Shown here: positions 26,181-36,497 of the stretch, in pieces | Layout of the letters: each line of letters opens with the position of its first letter | Numbering within the stretch: the first letter of the stretch is position 1 | NCBI GenBank assembly: GCA_963790635.1 | Contig: CAWBPJ010000003.1 | Location: 410,823 to 474,822 of the forward strand | Source: an uncultured Actinomycetota bacterium | GTDB taxonomy: Bacteria > Actinomycetota > Thermoleophilia > Solirubrobacterales > Solirubrobacteraceae | Reading direction: 5' to 3' | Length of the DNA: 64,000 nt | Notes under the pieces: model-generated | Databases searched by the model: none | What the model was told of the DNA's origin: nothing | The model's input: the letters and a program-made list of their open reading frames with translations, nothing else | Translations under genes and position numbers: made by a program

Positions 26181-27245
26181 TCAGCCTTTCTGATCGCCGA
26201 ACTTATGCTCGATCACCGCGATCGGGGTCAGCGACCCCTCGTAGTCGTCGCGGCCGAGGCGGTGCCGGAACACCCAGTAGCTCCAGGACTGGTAGACCAG
26301 CACGATCGGCACGAAGATGACCGCCACCACCGTCATCACGACCAGTGCGTAGTGGCTGGAGGAGGCGGTGACCAGTGTCAGGTCGTAGGCGTGATTTGTT
26401 GTTGACGGAAGCGCGTTGGGGAACAGGGCGACGGCGAGCGTCCCGGTGAACAGCACGATCGTGGCCGCGGTGAATACGAATCCGACGCCGCCACGGCCCC
26501 GCCGGACCTGCGCCGTCGCGACGAGCGCCGCGACGATCGTGAGCGCACCGACGACGACCACGGCGACATTCCACGACTGGCCCGACATCGTCCAGACGAG
26601 GAACCCGGCCGCGATCATCGCCGCCACCGGGGTGAGACGTGCTGCGGTGGCGGCAGCTCGTTCCTGCAGCTCGCCCCTGACCCGCAGCGACAAAAAGCCG
26701 GCGCCGTGCGCTGTGAAGAGCACGAGCGTGGCAACGCCGCCCAGCAGCGCGTAGGGGTGCAGCAGGTCGAGCAGCGAGGCGTGCACGACGTGCTGCGGGC
26801 CCATCGGCACCCCGTGGACGAAGTTGGCCCAGGCGACTCCGAACAGCAACGCAGCGGCGGCGCTTGAGAGCGCCAGGGCCCACTCCCACGCGGAACGCCA
26901 CGCGGGTGAGTCGACCTTGCCCCAGAACTCGAAGGAGACACCGCGCACGATCAGCGCCGCCAGCACCAGGAACAGGGCCAGATAGAGCCCGGAGAAGGCA
27001 CTCGCGTACCACTCCGGGAAGGCCGCGAAGGTCGCGCCTCCGGCGACGATCAGCCAGACCTCGTTGCCGTCCCAGACCGGTCCGATCGTGTGGATGGTCA
27101 TGCGGGTCTCGACCATGTCCCGGGGAAGCAGCTTGACCAGCACACCCACGCCGAAGTCAAAGCCCTCGAGCACGAAGAACCCGGCCCAGAGGACGCCGAT
27201 CAGAACGAACCAGAGGGTCTGGAGGAAACTTGGATCGCTGTGCAT
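26181..27245 (-). CDS. cydB: Cytochrome bd ubiquinol oxidase subunit II
   Basis: Motifs LEGFDFGVG, IGPVWDGNEVWL, FAAFPEWY and YQSWSYWVF. Confidence 0.96.
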   Translation of the reverse strand: MHSDPSFLQTLWFVLIGVLWAGFFVLEGFDFGVGVLVKLLPRDMVETRMTIHTIGPVWDGNEVWLIVAGGATFAAFPEWYASAFSGLYLALFLVLAALIVRGVSFEFWGKVDSPAWRSAWEWALALSSAAAALLFGVAWANFVHGVPMGPQHVVHASLLDLLHPYALLGGVATLVLFTAHGAGFLSLRVRGELQERAAATAARLTPVAAMIAAGFLVWTMSGQSWNVAVVVVGALTIVAALVATAQVRRGRGGVGFVFTAATIVLFTGTLAVALFPNALPSTTNHAYDLTLVTASSSHYALVVMTVVAVIFVPIVLVYQSWSYWVFRHRLGRDDYEGSLTPIAVIEHKFGDQKG

Positions 27246-27260
27246 TGCTCGAGCGGGCTT

Positions 27261-28664
27261 TCAGTAGGCGAGGATGAGGTTCGCCGAGCCGCCCGCGTCC
27301 GGCGGCTGAGGGTCGTGATCGTCGGGTCCTTCCTTGGCCTCGCGCCACATCAGCCAGCCGCCGATCGCGATCAGCGCGCTGTAGATCACGATGTACCCGG
27401 CCAGCGTGATGATCACATCGGTGCTCGACACGTTCGGGGAGTTGGACTGCGAGGTCTTCAGCAGCCCGAACACGACCCAGGGCTGGCGGCCGACCTCCGT
27501 GAAGATCCAGCCGCACCAGTTCGCGAGGATCGGCAGGACCAGGCCAGACAGTGCCAGGCGCTGGAACCAGGGTGATTTCTCGAGCCGCCCCTTGCGCGCG
27601 AGCAGGATGCCGATCAACGCGACCAGCATCATCACCATGCCGGCGCCGATCATCAGCCGGAACGTCCAGTACAGGAGACCCACGGGCGGGACATAGTTAC
27701 CAGGCCCATACTGCGCGCGCTCCTGCGCCTGGATCTGGTCGATGCCCTTGATGTCGCCGTTCCAGCTGAGGTCCTCGATCAGGCTCAGCAGATGCGGGAT
27801 CCGGATCGATCTGAGGTCACTGGGACAGGGATTCGTGTGGAAACCGGCCACCGAGAAGATCGAGAAGCTCTGGCCGTGGCCCGAGTTGCAGACGGCCTCG
27901 GCGGCGGCCATCTTCATCGGCTGCTGGCTCACCATCACGCGGCCCTGGGTGTCACCGAGGGTCATCGTTGCCAGCACCGCCACGAGCGTGAACGGCAGCG
28001 CCATCCGCATCGACCGTGAGACGACATCGCTCTGCTTGCCGCGCAGCGTCAGGAAGCCGCAAACGGCGACGACGAGCATGCCTCCGGTGGTGAAGGCGCC
28101 CAGGACCGTGTGCGGGAACGCGACCAGCACCGTGCTGTTGAACAGCACCGAGAAGATGTTCGTCAGCTGGGCCTTGCCGGTGGCGTGGTCGATCGTGTAG
28201 CCGACCGGGTGCTGCATCCATGAGTTGGCGACCAGGATGAAGTAGGCCGACATGATCGTGCCGAAGGCGACGAGCCAGATCGTCGCCAGGTGGACGCGCC
28301 TGGGCAGGCGGCCCCAGCCGAAGATCCAGAGGCCGACGAACGTCGACTCGAGGAAGAACGCGATCAGGCCCTCCATCGCCAGCGGCGCCCCGAAGATGTC
28401 GCCGACGTAGCGCGAGTACAGCGACCAGTTCATCCCGAACTGAAACTCCTGGACGAGTCCTGTGACCACGCCGATCGCCATCGAGATCAGCAGGAACTTC
28501 CCCCAGAACTTCGTGGCGCGCAGCCAGAGCTCGTCGCCGGAGCGGTGATATCGCGTCTGGCAGATCGCGACGAACAGCGCCAGGCCGATCGACATCGGCA
28601 CGAAGATGAAGTGGAACAGCGTCGTGACCGCGAACTGCAGCCGGGCGAAGTCGAGCGCGTTCAT
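27261..28664 (-). CDS. cydA: Cytochrome bd ubiquinol oxidase subunit I
   Basis: Motifs ARLQFA...HFIF, EFQFGMNW, FFLESTF, QPMKMAAAE and EVGRQPW. Confidence 0.97.
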   Translation of the reverse strand: MNALDFARLQFAVTTLFHFIFVPMSIGLALFVAICQTRYHRSGDELWLRATKFWGKFLLISMAIGVVTGLVQEFQFGMNWSLYSRYVGDIFGAPLAMEGLIAFFLESTFVGLWIFGWGRLPRRVHLATIWLVAFGTIMSAYFILVANSWMQHPVGYTIDHATGKAQLTNIFSVLFNSTVLVAFPHTVLGAFTTGGMLVVAVCGFLTLRGKQSDVVSRSMRMALPFTLVAVLATMTLGDTQGRVMVSQQPMKMAAAEAVCNSGHGQSFSIFSVAGFHTNPCPSDLRSIRIPHLLSLIEDLSWNGDIKGIDQIQAQERAQYGPGNYVPPVGLLYWTFRLMIGAGMVMMLVALIGILLARKGRLEKSPWFQRLALSGLVLPILANWCGWIFTEVGRQPWVVFGLLKTSQSNSPNVSSTDVIITLAGYIVIYSALIAIGGWLMWREAKEGPDDHDPQPPDAGGSANLILAY

Positions 28665-28856
28665 GGGCCGATGCTATTTCTCACCTTGGCGCGGCGGCGA
28701 TCGGGTTAACCGTGGTCACGCAGTTGTACCACCGGCGCCCCGATGCGACTCTTCACCGTGCCGGTCGCGGCTGACCACCCGCGGCCGCCGGCTCAGTTTG
28801 GATAGCTTCTCCTTGGGCCCTTCAATATCCGAGCACCGAACTTCCTAGGAGCAACT

Positions 28857-29339
28857 GTGATTCTGATCGCCTATGACGGCTCTGAAGACGCCAAGGCCGC
28901 GATTGAGCAGGCCGCCAAGCTGTTCCATGGCCAGTCGGCAACGGTCCTGAACGTGTGGCAGCGTTTCATCGACACGATGGCTCGTGTCGGTAGCGGGATG
29001 GGGATGGTCGTCGACTACGACGGGATCGACGAGGAGTCTCAGACGAGCGCCCGTGACCGCGCTGAAGAGGGCGCCAAGATCGCCTCGGAGGCCGGGCTCG
29101 AAGCGGTCGGGGCGATCGCCGTGGTGGATACCACGATCCCCGACGCGATCCTCAACGAGGCGGCGACGATCGGCGCGGACGCCGTGGTCTGCGGCAGCCG
29201 CGGTTACAGCGGGATCAAGTCACTGATGCTCGGCAGCGTCTCAACCCACATCCTCCAGCACGCTGACGTGCCGGTGGTTGTGGTGCCGTCGCCGGAGGTG
29301 GCCAAGGCGCGGGCGGAGCATCGCCAGAGCCTCAGGTAG
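28857..29339 (+). CDS. Universal stress protein
   Basis: Motifs ILIAYDGS, GSRGYSG, LGSVS and PVVVVP. Confidence 0.92.
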   Translation: MILIAYDGSEDAKAAIEQAAKLFHGQSATVLNVWQRFIDTMARVGSGMGMVVDYDGIDEESQTSARDRAEEGAKIASEAGLEAVGAIAVVDTTIPDAILNEAATIGADAVVCGSRGYSGIKSLMLGSVSTHILQHADVPVVVVPSPEVAKARAEHRQSLR

Positions 29340-30288
29340 GAGACGCGCGCCGTTGCCTGATCATCGCAGCGAGCCGCAGCCGGCCGTATTCGGCGGCTGT
29401 GATCCCCAGGCCGGCAACGATCGCGCCCGCCCGCCGGAGCCCGTCCCGGTCTCCACGGACTGCCTCGCTCAGGCCACGCAGAACGCCCAAGGGCAGGGTG
29501 CGCATGACGTACGTCCGTTCGGACGCGAGCCCATCCTGGATACCGACGAGCGTGGCCACCAGCGCCTTTCCGCCGGCCTCGAGTCTGCAGCGACTGACGA
29601 AGTAGGCCCACCGCGCCCGCTCGGGCGTGACCGTGTGCAGCACTGCCGCCTGCTCCGAGAAGACCCAGTAGCCGCCGTCGTATGCTCTCGCCGCTCGGAT
29701 CGCGAACTCGGTTTCGTCCGCCGTGCCGGCCGCACCGCTCCCACGTCCAAGGGCAGCAGCCCAGGATCCGACGCGATCGGCGACCTCGGCCCGAACCGAC
29801 ATGTTGGCTCCGATCGGATTTCGGATGCGATTCCCATCCATCGGCAGGCCCAGATACGAGCATCCCACGACCCATAGGAACTCCTCCGGGAACCAGGCCG
29901 GCCTCGGGGTCTGCCAGAGCGGCATGGTCGGACCGCCAACGCCCAGGACGTTCGGGTCCGCATATGCATTGTGGTGACCCTCGAGCCAACTGGGACTGGC
30001 CACAGCGTCGTCGTCCAGGAATGCCAGGTACCGCCCGCACGCAAGCTTCGAACCTGTCATGCGACCACCGGAGAGGCCTCTCACCTCGTCGTTCATGACC
30101 ACACGGACGCCGCTGAAGGTGGCCTCCGCGCGCGCCTTCAACTCGTCGTTGCCGTCGACCACGAGGATCACCTCGAGCGGCTGCCGCGTCTGGCCGGCGA
30201 CGGACTCTATGCACGCGATCAGCTCGTCCCAGCGATCGAAGGTGTACGCGCAGACAATGACTGAGAAGCCGTCCTCTCGGACTGCCAT
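29332..30288 (-). CDS. Glycosyltransferase family 2
   Basis: Motifs SVIVCAYT, VVDGN, GLSGGR, FLDDDA, GANM and DETEF. Confidence 0.9.
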   Translation of the reverse strand: MAVREDGFSVIVCAYTFDRWDELIACIESVAGQTRQPLEVILVVDGNDELKARAEATFSGVRVVMNDEVRGLSGGRMTGSKLACGRYLAFLDDDAVASPSWLEGHHNAYADPNVLGVGGPTMPLWQTPRPAWFPEEFLWVVGCSYLGLPMDGNRIRNPIGANMSVRAEVADRVGSWAAALGRGSGAAGTADETEFAIRAARAYDGGYWVFSEQAAVLHTVTPERARWAYFVSRCRLEAGGKALVATLVGIQDGLASERTYVMRTLPLGVLRGLSEAVRGDRDGLRRAGAIVAGLGITAAEYGRLRLAAMIRQRRASPT

Positions 30289-30344
30289 TTCCGACCCGCC
30301 GTTTTCAGAGCTCACGCAGCCAGCGTAGCGATGGTCGTGGCCGC

Positions 30345-31550
30345 CTAGGTGGGCGCGGCAGGCGACACGAGCGCATTGACACCCTCGAATGTCCGTGACC
30401 AGGTGAGCTGCTCCGCACGACGCCGTCCCAGCGTTCCCCACCGGGTTCGAACCTCCGGATCATGAAGCAGCGCTCTGAGCATGCCTGTCAGTCCCGACTG
30501 CTGCTCGAAGTACTGCACCGACCCCTCGCCAAGCTGAGGTATCCCCCCACGCCGCGCGGCCACAGTTGCCAATCCGGATGCCATGCCCTCGAGCAACACG
30601 AGCGGGCACGGATCCTCGAATTGGGATGGCACGACCAGGATGTCATGCTCGCGATACACGTTCGGCATCTCCGCGTTGGGCCGGAACGGAGCGAATGTCA
30701 CCTTGCCGGAGAACTCGGCCGTCCGCCCCCTGAGAGTCTGCTCGAACTTCGATGCACGGGCCACATCGGGGTTGGAGATACCCACGAACGTGGCCCGGAA
30801 GTCGACTCCTTCCGCATGCAGCTCGCAGAGTGCCGCCGCCAGCACCTGTGGTCCTTTGATTCTCATCATCCTGCCGACGAACAGGATCGACGGAACTCGT
30901 GATGCATCGGTATCCCGTGGTGTGAAGCGATCGGCATCCACGCCATTGAGCACCGTCACAAGCCGGCTGTCGACGCTCGGCGAACGCGCAGCTCGCCGTA
31001 CCGAATCTCGAATCCAATCGCTGACGCAGATCACCTTGTCCGCCAGCGAGATGAACCGGCGAACCTCACGCGGCGAGTACGCCGGGGAGAGCTTGTTGTG
31101 CATCCAGAGGAAGAGCCTCCGGTCGGGGCAGATGCGGTGCAGCGTCTCCAGGCCGGCCGCGCCGAGGTAACCGTCGTGCACGATGATCGGCCCCTCTGAA
31201 TCGAGCACCGCCTCACCAATCGAGCGATACATGCGCTCGACGTTGTTTCGGTTGAGACCGGCCCAGCCCCGGAAGGAGTCCGCGAACCGCTCACGCAACA
31301 GCAGGCCCTCGTGGTCGAGGTACCTGGAGAACTCCACGGGCAGGATCTCCGCCTGTGGGAAATGCACGTCGCGGTTATCTGACGACGCGACCGCCGATCT
31401 CACGCCGTTATCGGCGGCCACGCGGGTCACCTCGCGAATCACGTTGTTGACGGCGCTGCTGTCACCCGTCAGCGGCTGTGTGACGTGAACCCACAAAACG
31501 ATAGATCCGGATGGGGCGATCAGATCGGCCGGCGTTGGCCGGGTCGGCAC
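30345..31550 (-). CDS. Glycosyltransferase family 4
   Basis: Motifs ICVS, NGVD, FVGR...KG and PSQFEDPCPLVLLEGMASG. Start uncertain (ORF open to 31796). Confidence 0.9.
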   Translation of the reverse strand: MPTRPTPADLIAPSGSIVLWVHVTQPLTGDSSAVNNVIREVTRVAADNGVRSAVASSDNRDVHFPQAEILPVEFSRYLDHEGLLLRERFADSFRGWAGLNRNNVERMYRSIGEAVLDSEGPIIVHDGYLGAAGLETLHRICPDRRLFLWMHNKLSPAYSPREVRRFISLADKVICVSDWIRDSVRRAARSPSVDSRLVTVLNGVDADRFTPRDTDASRVPSILFVGRMMRIKGPQVLAAALCELHAEGVDFRATFVGISNPDVARASKFEQTLRGRTAEFSGKVTFAPFRPNAEMPNVYREHDILVVPSQFEDPCPLVLLEGMASGLATVAARRGGIPQLGEGSVQYFEQQSGLTGMLRALLHDPEVRTRWGTLGRRRAEQLTWSRTFEGVNALVSPAAPT

Positions 31551-31810
31551 CGGAGTCGAGTCACCATGATCAGGGTAGCCAGAGGCCAGGACGCGGAAAG
31601 CAGATCGGCCGGCGGATCGGCGATCCGAAACGGGAGCGTGATCCGGGTGCCGCAACAGCACGTGCATGGCAACCCGAAAGCTTTGCCACCTGTCTGCCGA
31701 CATACACCGTGGATGAGCTGTTGCGTTTCCCCCCTCGATGCCCGCCCGTTTATGATGGAAACTTATCTGTTCGTTATGCCTGGGACCTTTGGCCATACGA
31801 GGGGGGTGGG

Positions 31811-33748
31811 ATGATCGACCGGCTGGCGGGAGCCGACCGCTCGACGACGCCCCCTGGAGTCGATGTGGACGGTGAGGGTTGTGTCACCGGAAGCTCGTTC
31901 TGGCTTGATATCGAGCCGGAGCCGATCTACGGCGTGCTGCACGCTCCGCGCAGCAGCGCTCGGACACGGGTCGCGGCGCTGATCCTGCCGCCGTTCGGGG
32001 TCGACGACGAATACTCTTACCGCCCGCGCCGCGACTGGGCGACGAGTCTGGCTGAGGCCGGGGTCACGGCCGCGCGCATCGACTTTCCGGGCACCGAGGA
32101 CAGCGTCGGCTCACCGTTCGCGTCAAACCGCCTCGGGTCATGGGTGGATGCGACGGTGCAGGTTGCGCACTGGCTGCGCGAACGAACCGGGTGTGATCGT
32201 CTCGTCGTCGTTGGGATTTCCGTGGGAGGCCTGATCGGATATCAGGCGATCTCTGCGGGGGCTCCGTTCGATGACCTGATCCTCTGGGGCGTACGGGCCA
32301 GCGGCCGCGCACACCTGCGGGAACTGCGAGCGTTGGCAGCCATGATCGCCGGAGAGATCGTCGAGCCGATCGAGAACACGCGGACGGCCGCCGGCGACTT
32401 CTGGCTCGGTGGTCACATGATGAGCACGGAGACGGCTGAGGCCTTGAGCGGCCTCAATCTCCTGGAAGCGCCGTTGCCAGAAGCCGAACTGCGACGAGTG
32501 CTGCTGGTGGGCCGCGATGCGCACGGCGTGGACGAAAAACTGGCGCGCGGCATCACTGAGTCCGGAGCGGACCTGACCGTGATCGACGCCGACGACTATC
32601 GCCTCCTGATCTCACAACCCGACTGGGGATGGTCGCCGGCGGAGACCATCTCGGCGTCGATCGAGTGGCTGCAGGCGGCGCCCGACGCAGCGTACACACC
32701 GACCCACCGCGAGCCGACGCTAGAGACACCCAAGGTCCGCGACTCGGTGGTGTTCGACTTTGACGGCGTCCGCATCCGTGAGCGATTGTTTGAGGTGAAC
32801 ACGTCCGAAGGGCGCCTGACCGGCGTCATCAGCGAGCCCGTGGCCGGCGGGCCTGCCCCCTTATGCCTTGTTCTCCTGAGCGCCGGGGCGCTGCGGCGCA
32901 CGGGTCCGAGTCGTATCTATGTGGAGATGGCACGCCACGCCGCCGCAGGCGGGATACCCGCGGCCCGCTTTGACTTCCCGGGTGTTGGCGACTCTGACGG
33001 TGGCCGGGTCAAGGCTTATGAGCGCCGGCCGGCGGACGACCCGGGTCCCCTGACCGCACTCAGCGAGGTCTACGACCATCTCCATGCGCTCGGGTTCGCC
33101 GATCGCTTCGTCGGCGCCGGCCTCTGTCTCGGCGGCTACTTCGCGATTCGCACGATTCTCGAAGACGAACGCGTGATCGGAGGGATCAGCATCAATTCGC
33201 CGGCGCTGCTGTGGACGAACGCACACGCGAAGCGTGGCGTCAGGTGGTTTGCGTCCGTCAGCGGCACTCAGGAGCTGGACGTGGCTGAGCGGTCTGCAGA
33301 TCCGGACCGCTCGGGCCTGCTGCGGGGGATCGCGCGCCACGCCGGGCACGTGCGCCGAGCAATCGAATTCCGCTTGGGGAACAAGGCGATGCATCTCGAG
33401 CTGCTCTGGCGCTTTGAACATCGCGCCAACATCTCCGGGGCGTCGAAGACGCTCGACCAGCTCGACCGCAATGGCGCAAAGGTGCTTTTCCTGTTCTCCG
33501 GGAACGAAACGGTGCCACGCATCCTTGGGCTTTCGAGACTCGCCGCGAGGATAGACCGAAGCCCGAACGTCGCGCTCGAGCATCTGCAGACCGGCGACCA
33601 CAATCTGCGGCCGCTGCGAATTCAGGAGCTCGTCCTGGACCGCGTGTCCTCAGTGCTTCGTGACGTCAGCTCCAGCTTCAACAGCACAACGCCTGAGTCG
33701 GCCGCCGTCGTTGAACCGGTCGTTCATGCAACCGACCGGTTGTCGTAA
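31811..33748 (+). CDS. Tandem (two-domain) alpha/beta-hydrolase
   Basis: Domain 1 has LPPFG, IDFPGTEDS and GISVGG. Domain 2 has RTGPSR, RFDFPGVGDS, GLCLGG and GDH. Confidence 0.8.
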   Translation: MIDRLAGADRSTTPPGVDVDGEGCVTGSSFWLDIEPEPIYGVLHAPRSSARTRVAALILPPFGVDDEYSYRPRRDWATSLAEAGVTAARIDFPGTEDSVGSPFASNRLGSWVDATVQVAHWLRERTGCDRLVVVGISVGGLIGYQAISAGAPFDDLILWGVRASGRAHLRELRALAAMIAGEIVEPIENTRTAAGDFWLGGHMMSTETAEALSGLNLLEAPLPEAELRRVLLVGRDAHGVDEKLARGITESGADLTVIDADDYRLLISQPDWGWSPAETISASIEWLQAAPDAAYTPTHREPTLETPKVRDSVVFDFDGVRIRERLFEVNTSEGRLTGVISEPVAGGPAPLCLVLLSAGALRRTGPSRIYVEMARHAAAGGIPAARFDFPGVGDSDGGRVKAYERRPADDPGPLTALSEVYDHLHALGFADRFVGAGLCLGGYFAIRTILEDERVIGGISINSPALLWTNAHAKRGVRWFASVSGTQELDVAERSADPDRSGLLRGIARHAGHVRRAIEFRLGNKAMHLELLWRFEHRANISGASKTLDQLDRNGAKVLFLFSGNETVPRILGLSRLAARIDRSPNVALEHLQTGDHNLRPLRIQELVLDRVSSVLRDVSSSFNSTTPESAAVVEPVVHATDRLS

Positions 33749-33763
33749 ACACCTCCGTTTGCC

Positions 33764-35038
33764 ATGGCCGACGCGATCCGCGCAGACCTGACGGCTGCTC
33801 CGCCGGAGTTCACCCCGATTTGGAGCGGTGAGCTGGAGCTCGCGGTTCCAGCTCTGCCGGAACGCCTTGAAAATGCCGACGGTCAGACCTTCGACCGCGC
33901 TCGCCTGCTCGTCCGTGCGAGCGGCACACCGCTGGGCTCTCTGGAGGTGGACGCGGTTGACGGCAGGATCGATCTCGAACACGCGGTCGCCCTCGCTCGG
34001 TCAAGCTTCGCCGATCAGGCGGCAGAGGCTGACGCCGATCAGGCCTGGCGATCCGCTCCCGGCCCCAAGGTGTCACTCGTGCTCTGCACGTACAACCGTG
34101 CGGTTGGTGCGCAGCGGACGCTCGAGTCTTTCAAGGGCCTGCACTATCAGGACCTTGAGATCATCGTCGTCGACAACGCCCCGAGCGATGACTCGACGCT
34201 TGCCGTGGTGAACGCGGTTGCGGCGACCGACCCGCGCGTGCGTTACGTCAGAGAACCACGTAAGGGCTTATCTCGAGCTCGCAACCGTGGCCTCCAGGAG
34301 GCGACCGGCGAACTCGTGGCGTTCACGGATGATGACGTCCGGGTCGACCCACTCTGGATACATGGCCTGCTGCGCGGCTTCAACCGCCGGGCCGACGTGG
34401 CCTGCGTCACCGGATTGGTGGCGAGCGCCTCGCTTGCCCGTCCCGCTGAGCAGTTCTTCGATCGTCGCGCCGGCTGGGCCTCGTCCTGCCAACAGCGCCT
34501 GTACACGCTCGGCCGGGGTCCGCTCGACTCGCCGCTGCACCCGTACACGGCAGGCACGTTCGGCGCAGGCGCAAACTTCGCGGCGAAGCTCTCAGTGCTC
34601 AAATCGCTCGGCGGTTTCGATGAGTCTCTGGGCGCCGGATCGCCCACACGCGGAGGCGAAGACCTCGACATGTTCGTCCGGATCCTGCTGCACGGGTACG
34701 CGCTCAGCTACGAGCCGTCAGCGCTCGCCTGGCATGAGCATCGCGTCGATGAGGGCTCGCTCAGCGCTCAGATGTACGCGTATGGGCTCGGTCTGACCGC
34801 ATACCTGACGAAGCACATGCTTTCGCGCAGGTCGCGTCGAGCGATGCTCAGCCGCGCTGTGGGCGGGTCTCGGTACGCCTTCGGGCTGATCCGCGGATCG
34901 CGCACCGCCAGCGCAGACGCGTCAATAAGGAGTGACGTGGCCCGTGTAGAGGTACGAGGGATGCTCGCCGGCCCCGTTGTATATCTGCGCGAGCGCAGGC
35001 GGCAGGACAAGCAGCATCTGCGGGCGGTTCGCCCCTGA
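33764..35038 (+). CDS. Glycosyltransferase family 2
   Basis: Motifs SLVLCTYNR, VVDNAP, GLSRARN, FTDDD, GAGAN and GGEDLD. Confidence 0.92.
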   Translation: MADAIRADLTAAPPEFTPIWSGELELAVPALPERLENADGQTFDRARLLVRASGTPLGSLEVDAVDGRIDLEHAVALARSSFADQAAEADADQAWRSAPGPKVSLVLCTYNRAVGAQRTLESFKGLHYQDLEIIVVDNAPSDDSTLAVVNAVAATDPRVRYVREPRKGLSRARNRGLQEATGELVAFTDDDVRVDPLWIHGLLRGFNRRADVACVTGLVASASLARPAEQFFDRRAGWASSCQQRLYTLGRGPLDSPLHPYTAGTFGAGANFAAKLSVLKSLGGFDESLGAGSPTRGGEDLDMFVRILLHGYALSYEPSALAWHEHRVDEGSLSAQMYAYGLGLTAYLTKHMLSRRSRRAMLSRAVGGSRYAFGLIRGSRTASADASIRSDVARVEVRGMLAGPVVYLRERRRQDKQHLRAVRP

Positions 35039-35134
35039 TCGGGCCTGCTTTGGGCATTGTGCTGCGCTCGTACAGGCGTCCACACCCAGACCGAGCCGGT
35101 CGGGGACCGGTGCGCAGCGTCCCGATGAGGAGGG

Positions 35135-36331
35135 ATGTCCAAAACCCTCCCCCGCCGGATCTCATTCCTCATCGGTCTGGCCACTGCGCTGGTACTCGCC
35201 CTCGGAGCCAGCGTCGCACTCGCAGCTGGATCAGCCCGCGCCCACTCGATCAAGAAGACGCACGAACACCACCTGAAAGCGCATGAGCGCCGCACCAAGG
35301 CGCAGGAGCGCCACCACCAGAGCGTCGCCCACAAACGCCACCACAAGAGCGCCACGCACAAGCGGCACCACAAGAGCGTCGCGCACAAGCGCCACCACAA
35401 GAACAGGACCAAGAGCCACAGGAAGCATTCCGGGACGAAGGTCGCCGCCAACCACGCCGTGCTGACGACATCGAACACGAATGCCGCCGCGGCCACGCAG
35501 AACAAGAGGCAGCGGCCGACCACACCGAATCCCGGCCGGACAACGACGACCCCAGCCAAGACGACCACCACCCCGTCCAGCACCACGACGCCTACGACCA
35601 CAACCACCCCGACGACCTCCCCCTCCACGGCGGCCACCCAGCCGGTCGGAATCGCAGGCAATTGGAACATGGTGATGGACTCGGAGTTCGACAGCTCGTC
35701 CCTGAACACGAACATCTGGACGCCGGGGTGGTTCGGGACCGGCGTGACCGATCCCGTCAACGGCGGCGAGGATGACTGTTACAGCTCGAACAACGTCGTG
35801 CCGACCACCTCGGCGCTCGATCTCCTCGTGACCAACCAGTCCTCGACCTGCAACGGGAAGACCTTCCCGTACACCGGCTCGCTGATCTCAAGTAACCCGA
35901 ACGGCAAGAACACAGGTTTCCTCTACACCTATGGGGTTCTCGAAGCCCGCGTGTACGTTCCGGCTGCAGCCAACGGGAAGATCGCAAACTGGCCGGCGGT
36001 ATGGGCTGTTACAACGCCATCGGAAACCTACGGTGAGGACGATCTCCTCGAGGGGCTCGCGGGCCAGGCCTGCTACCACTTCCACAACACCGCCGAAGCT
36101 CCCGGTGCCTGCGATACGACCCTGACCCCTGGCTGGCACACCTTCGCCTCGGATTGGAAGCCCGGGTCGATCACCTACTACTACGACGGCAAGGACGTCG
36201 GATCGATCACGTCGGGAATCGGCAGCAGCCCGATGTACATCATCCTCAACAACACCGTCAGCACCACCAACCTGGGCATCGAAGCTGCGACCACTATGCA
36301 GGTCCAGTACGTCCGTGTGTGGCAGGACTGA
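35135..36331 (+). CDS. Secreted GH16-family glycoside hydrolase with His/Lys-rich and Thr-rich N-terminal regions
   Basis: Signal peptide. YTGSLISS, YTYGVLEAR, WPAVW, GEDDLLEG, WHTF..DW, YYYDG and QYVRVWQ. Confidence 0.85.
   Translation: MSKTLPRRISFLIGLATALVLALGASVALAAGSARAHSIKKTHEHHLKAHERRTKAQERHHQSVAHKRHHKSATHKRHHKSVAHKRHHKNRTKSHRKHSGTKVAANHAVLTTSNTNAAAATQNKRQRPTTPNPGRTTTTPAKTTTTPSSTTTPTTTTTPTTSPSTAATQPVGIAGNWNMVMDSEFDSSSLNTNIWTPGWFGTGVTDPVNGGEDDCYSSNNVVPTTSALDLLVTNQSSTCNGKTFPYTGSLISSNPNGKNTGFLYTYGVLEARVYVPAAANGKIANWPAVWAVTTPSETYGEDDLLEGLAGQACYHFHNTAEAPGACDTTLTPGWHTFASDWKPGSITYYYDGKDVGSITSGIGSSPMYIILNNTVSTTNLGIEAATTMQVQYVRVWQD
35300..35420 (+). repeat. 27-bp coding repeat encoding HKRHHKS(V/A)(A/T)
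   Basis: About 4 imperfect copies of CACAAGCGCCACCACAAGAGC... Confidence 0.8.
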
Positions 36332-36497
36332 ACGCGGCCCAGCAGGCGGCTACTCCCTTACATTAGGGCGACGTTAGCCGCTTCGTCATCGACCATACTA
36401 GTCCAGGCGGTGCAGCCTGCCCGCCGGCCGCTTGGACTAGTTCGATGACAGATCCGATAGATCCGTTCAGGGCCCGCGCACCAGACAGCGGATCCCT

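Noticed and set aside
28665-28856. Rex operator upstream of cydA
   Set aside because: No TTGTGAA-N4-TTCACAA-like palindrome seen.
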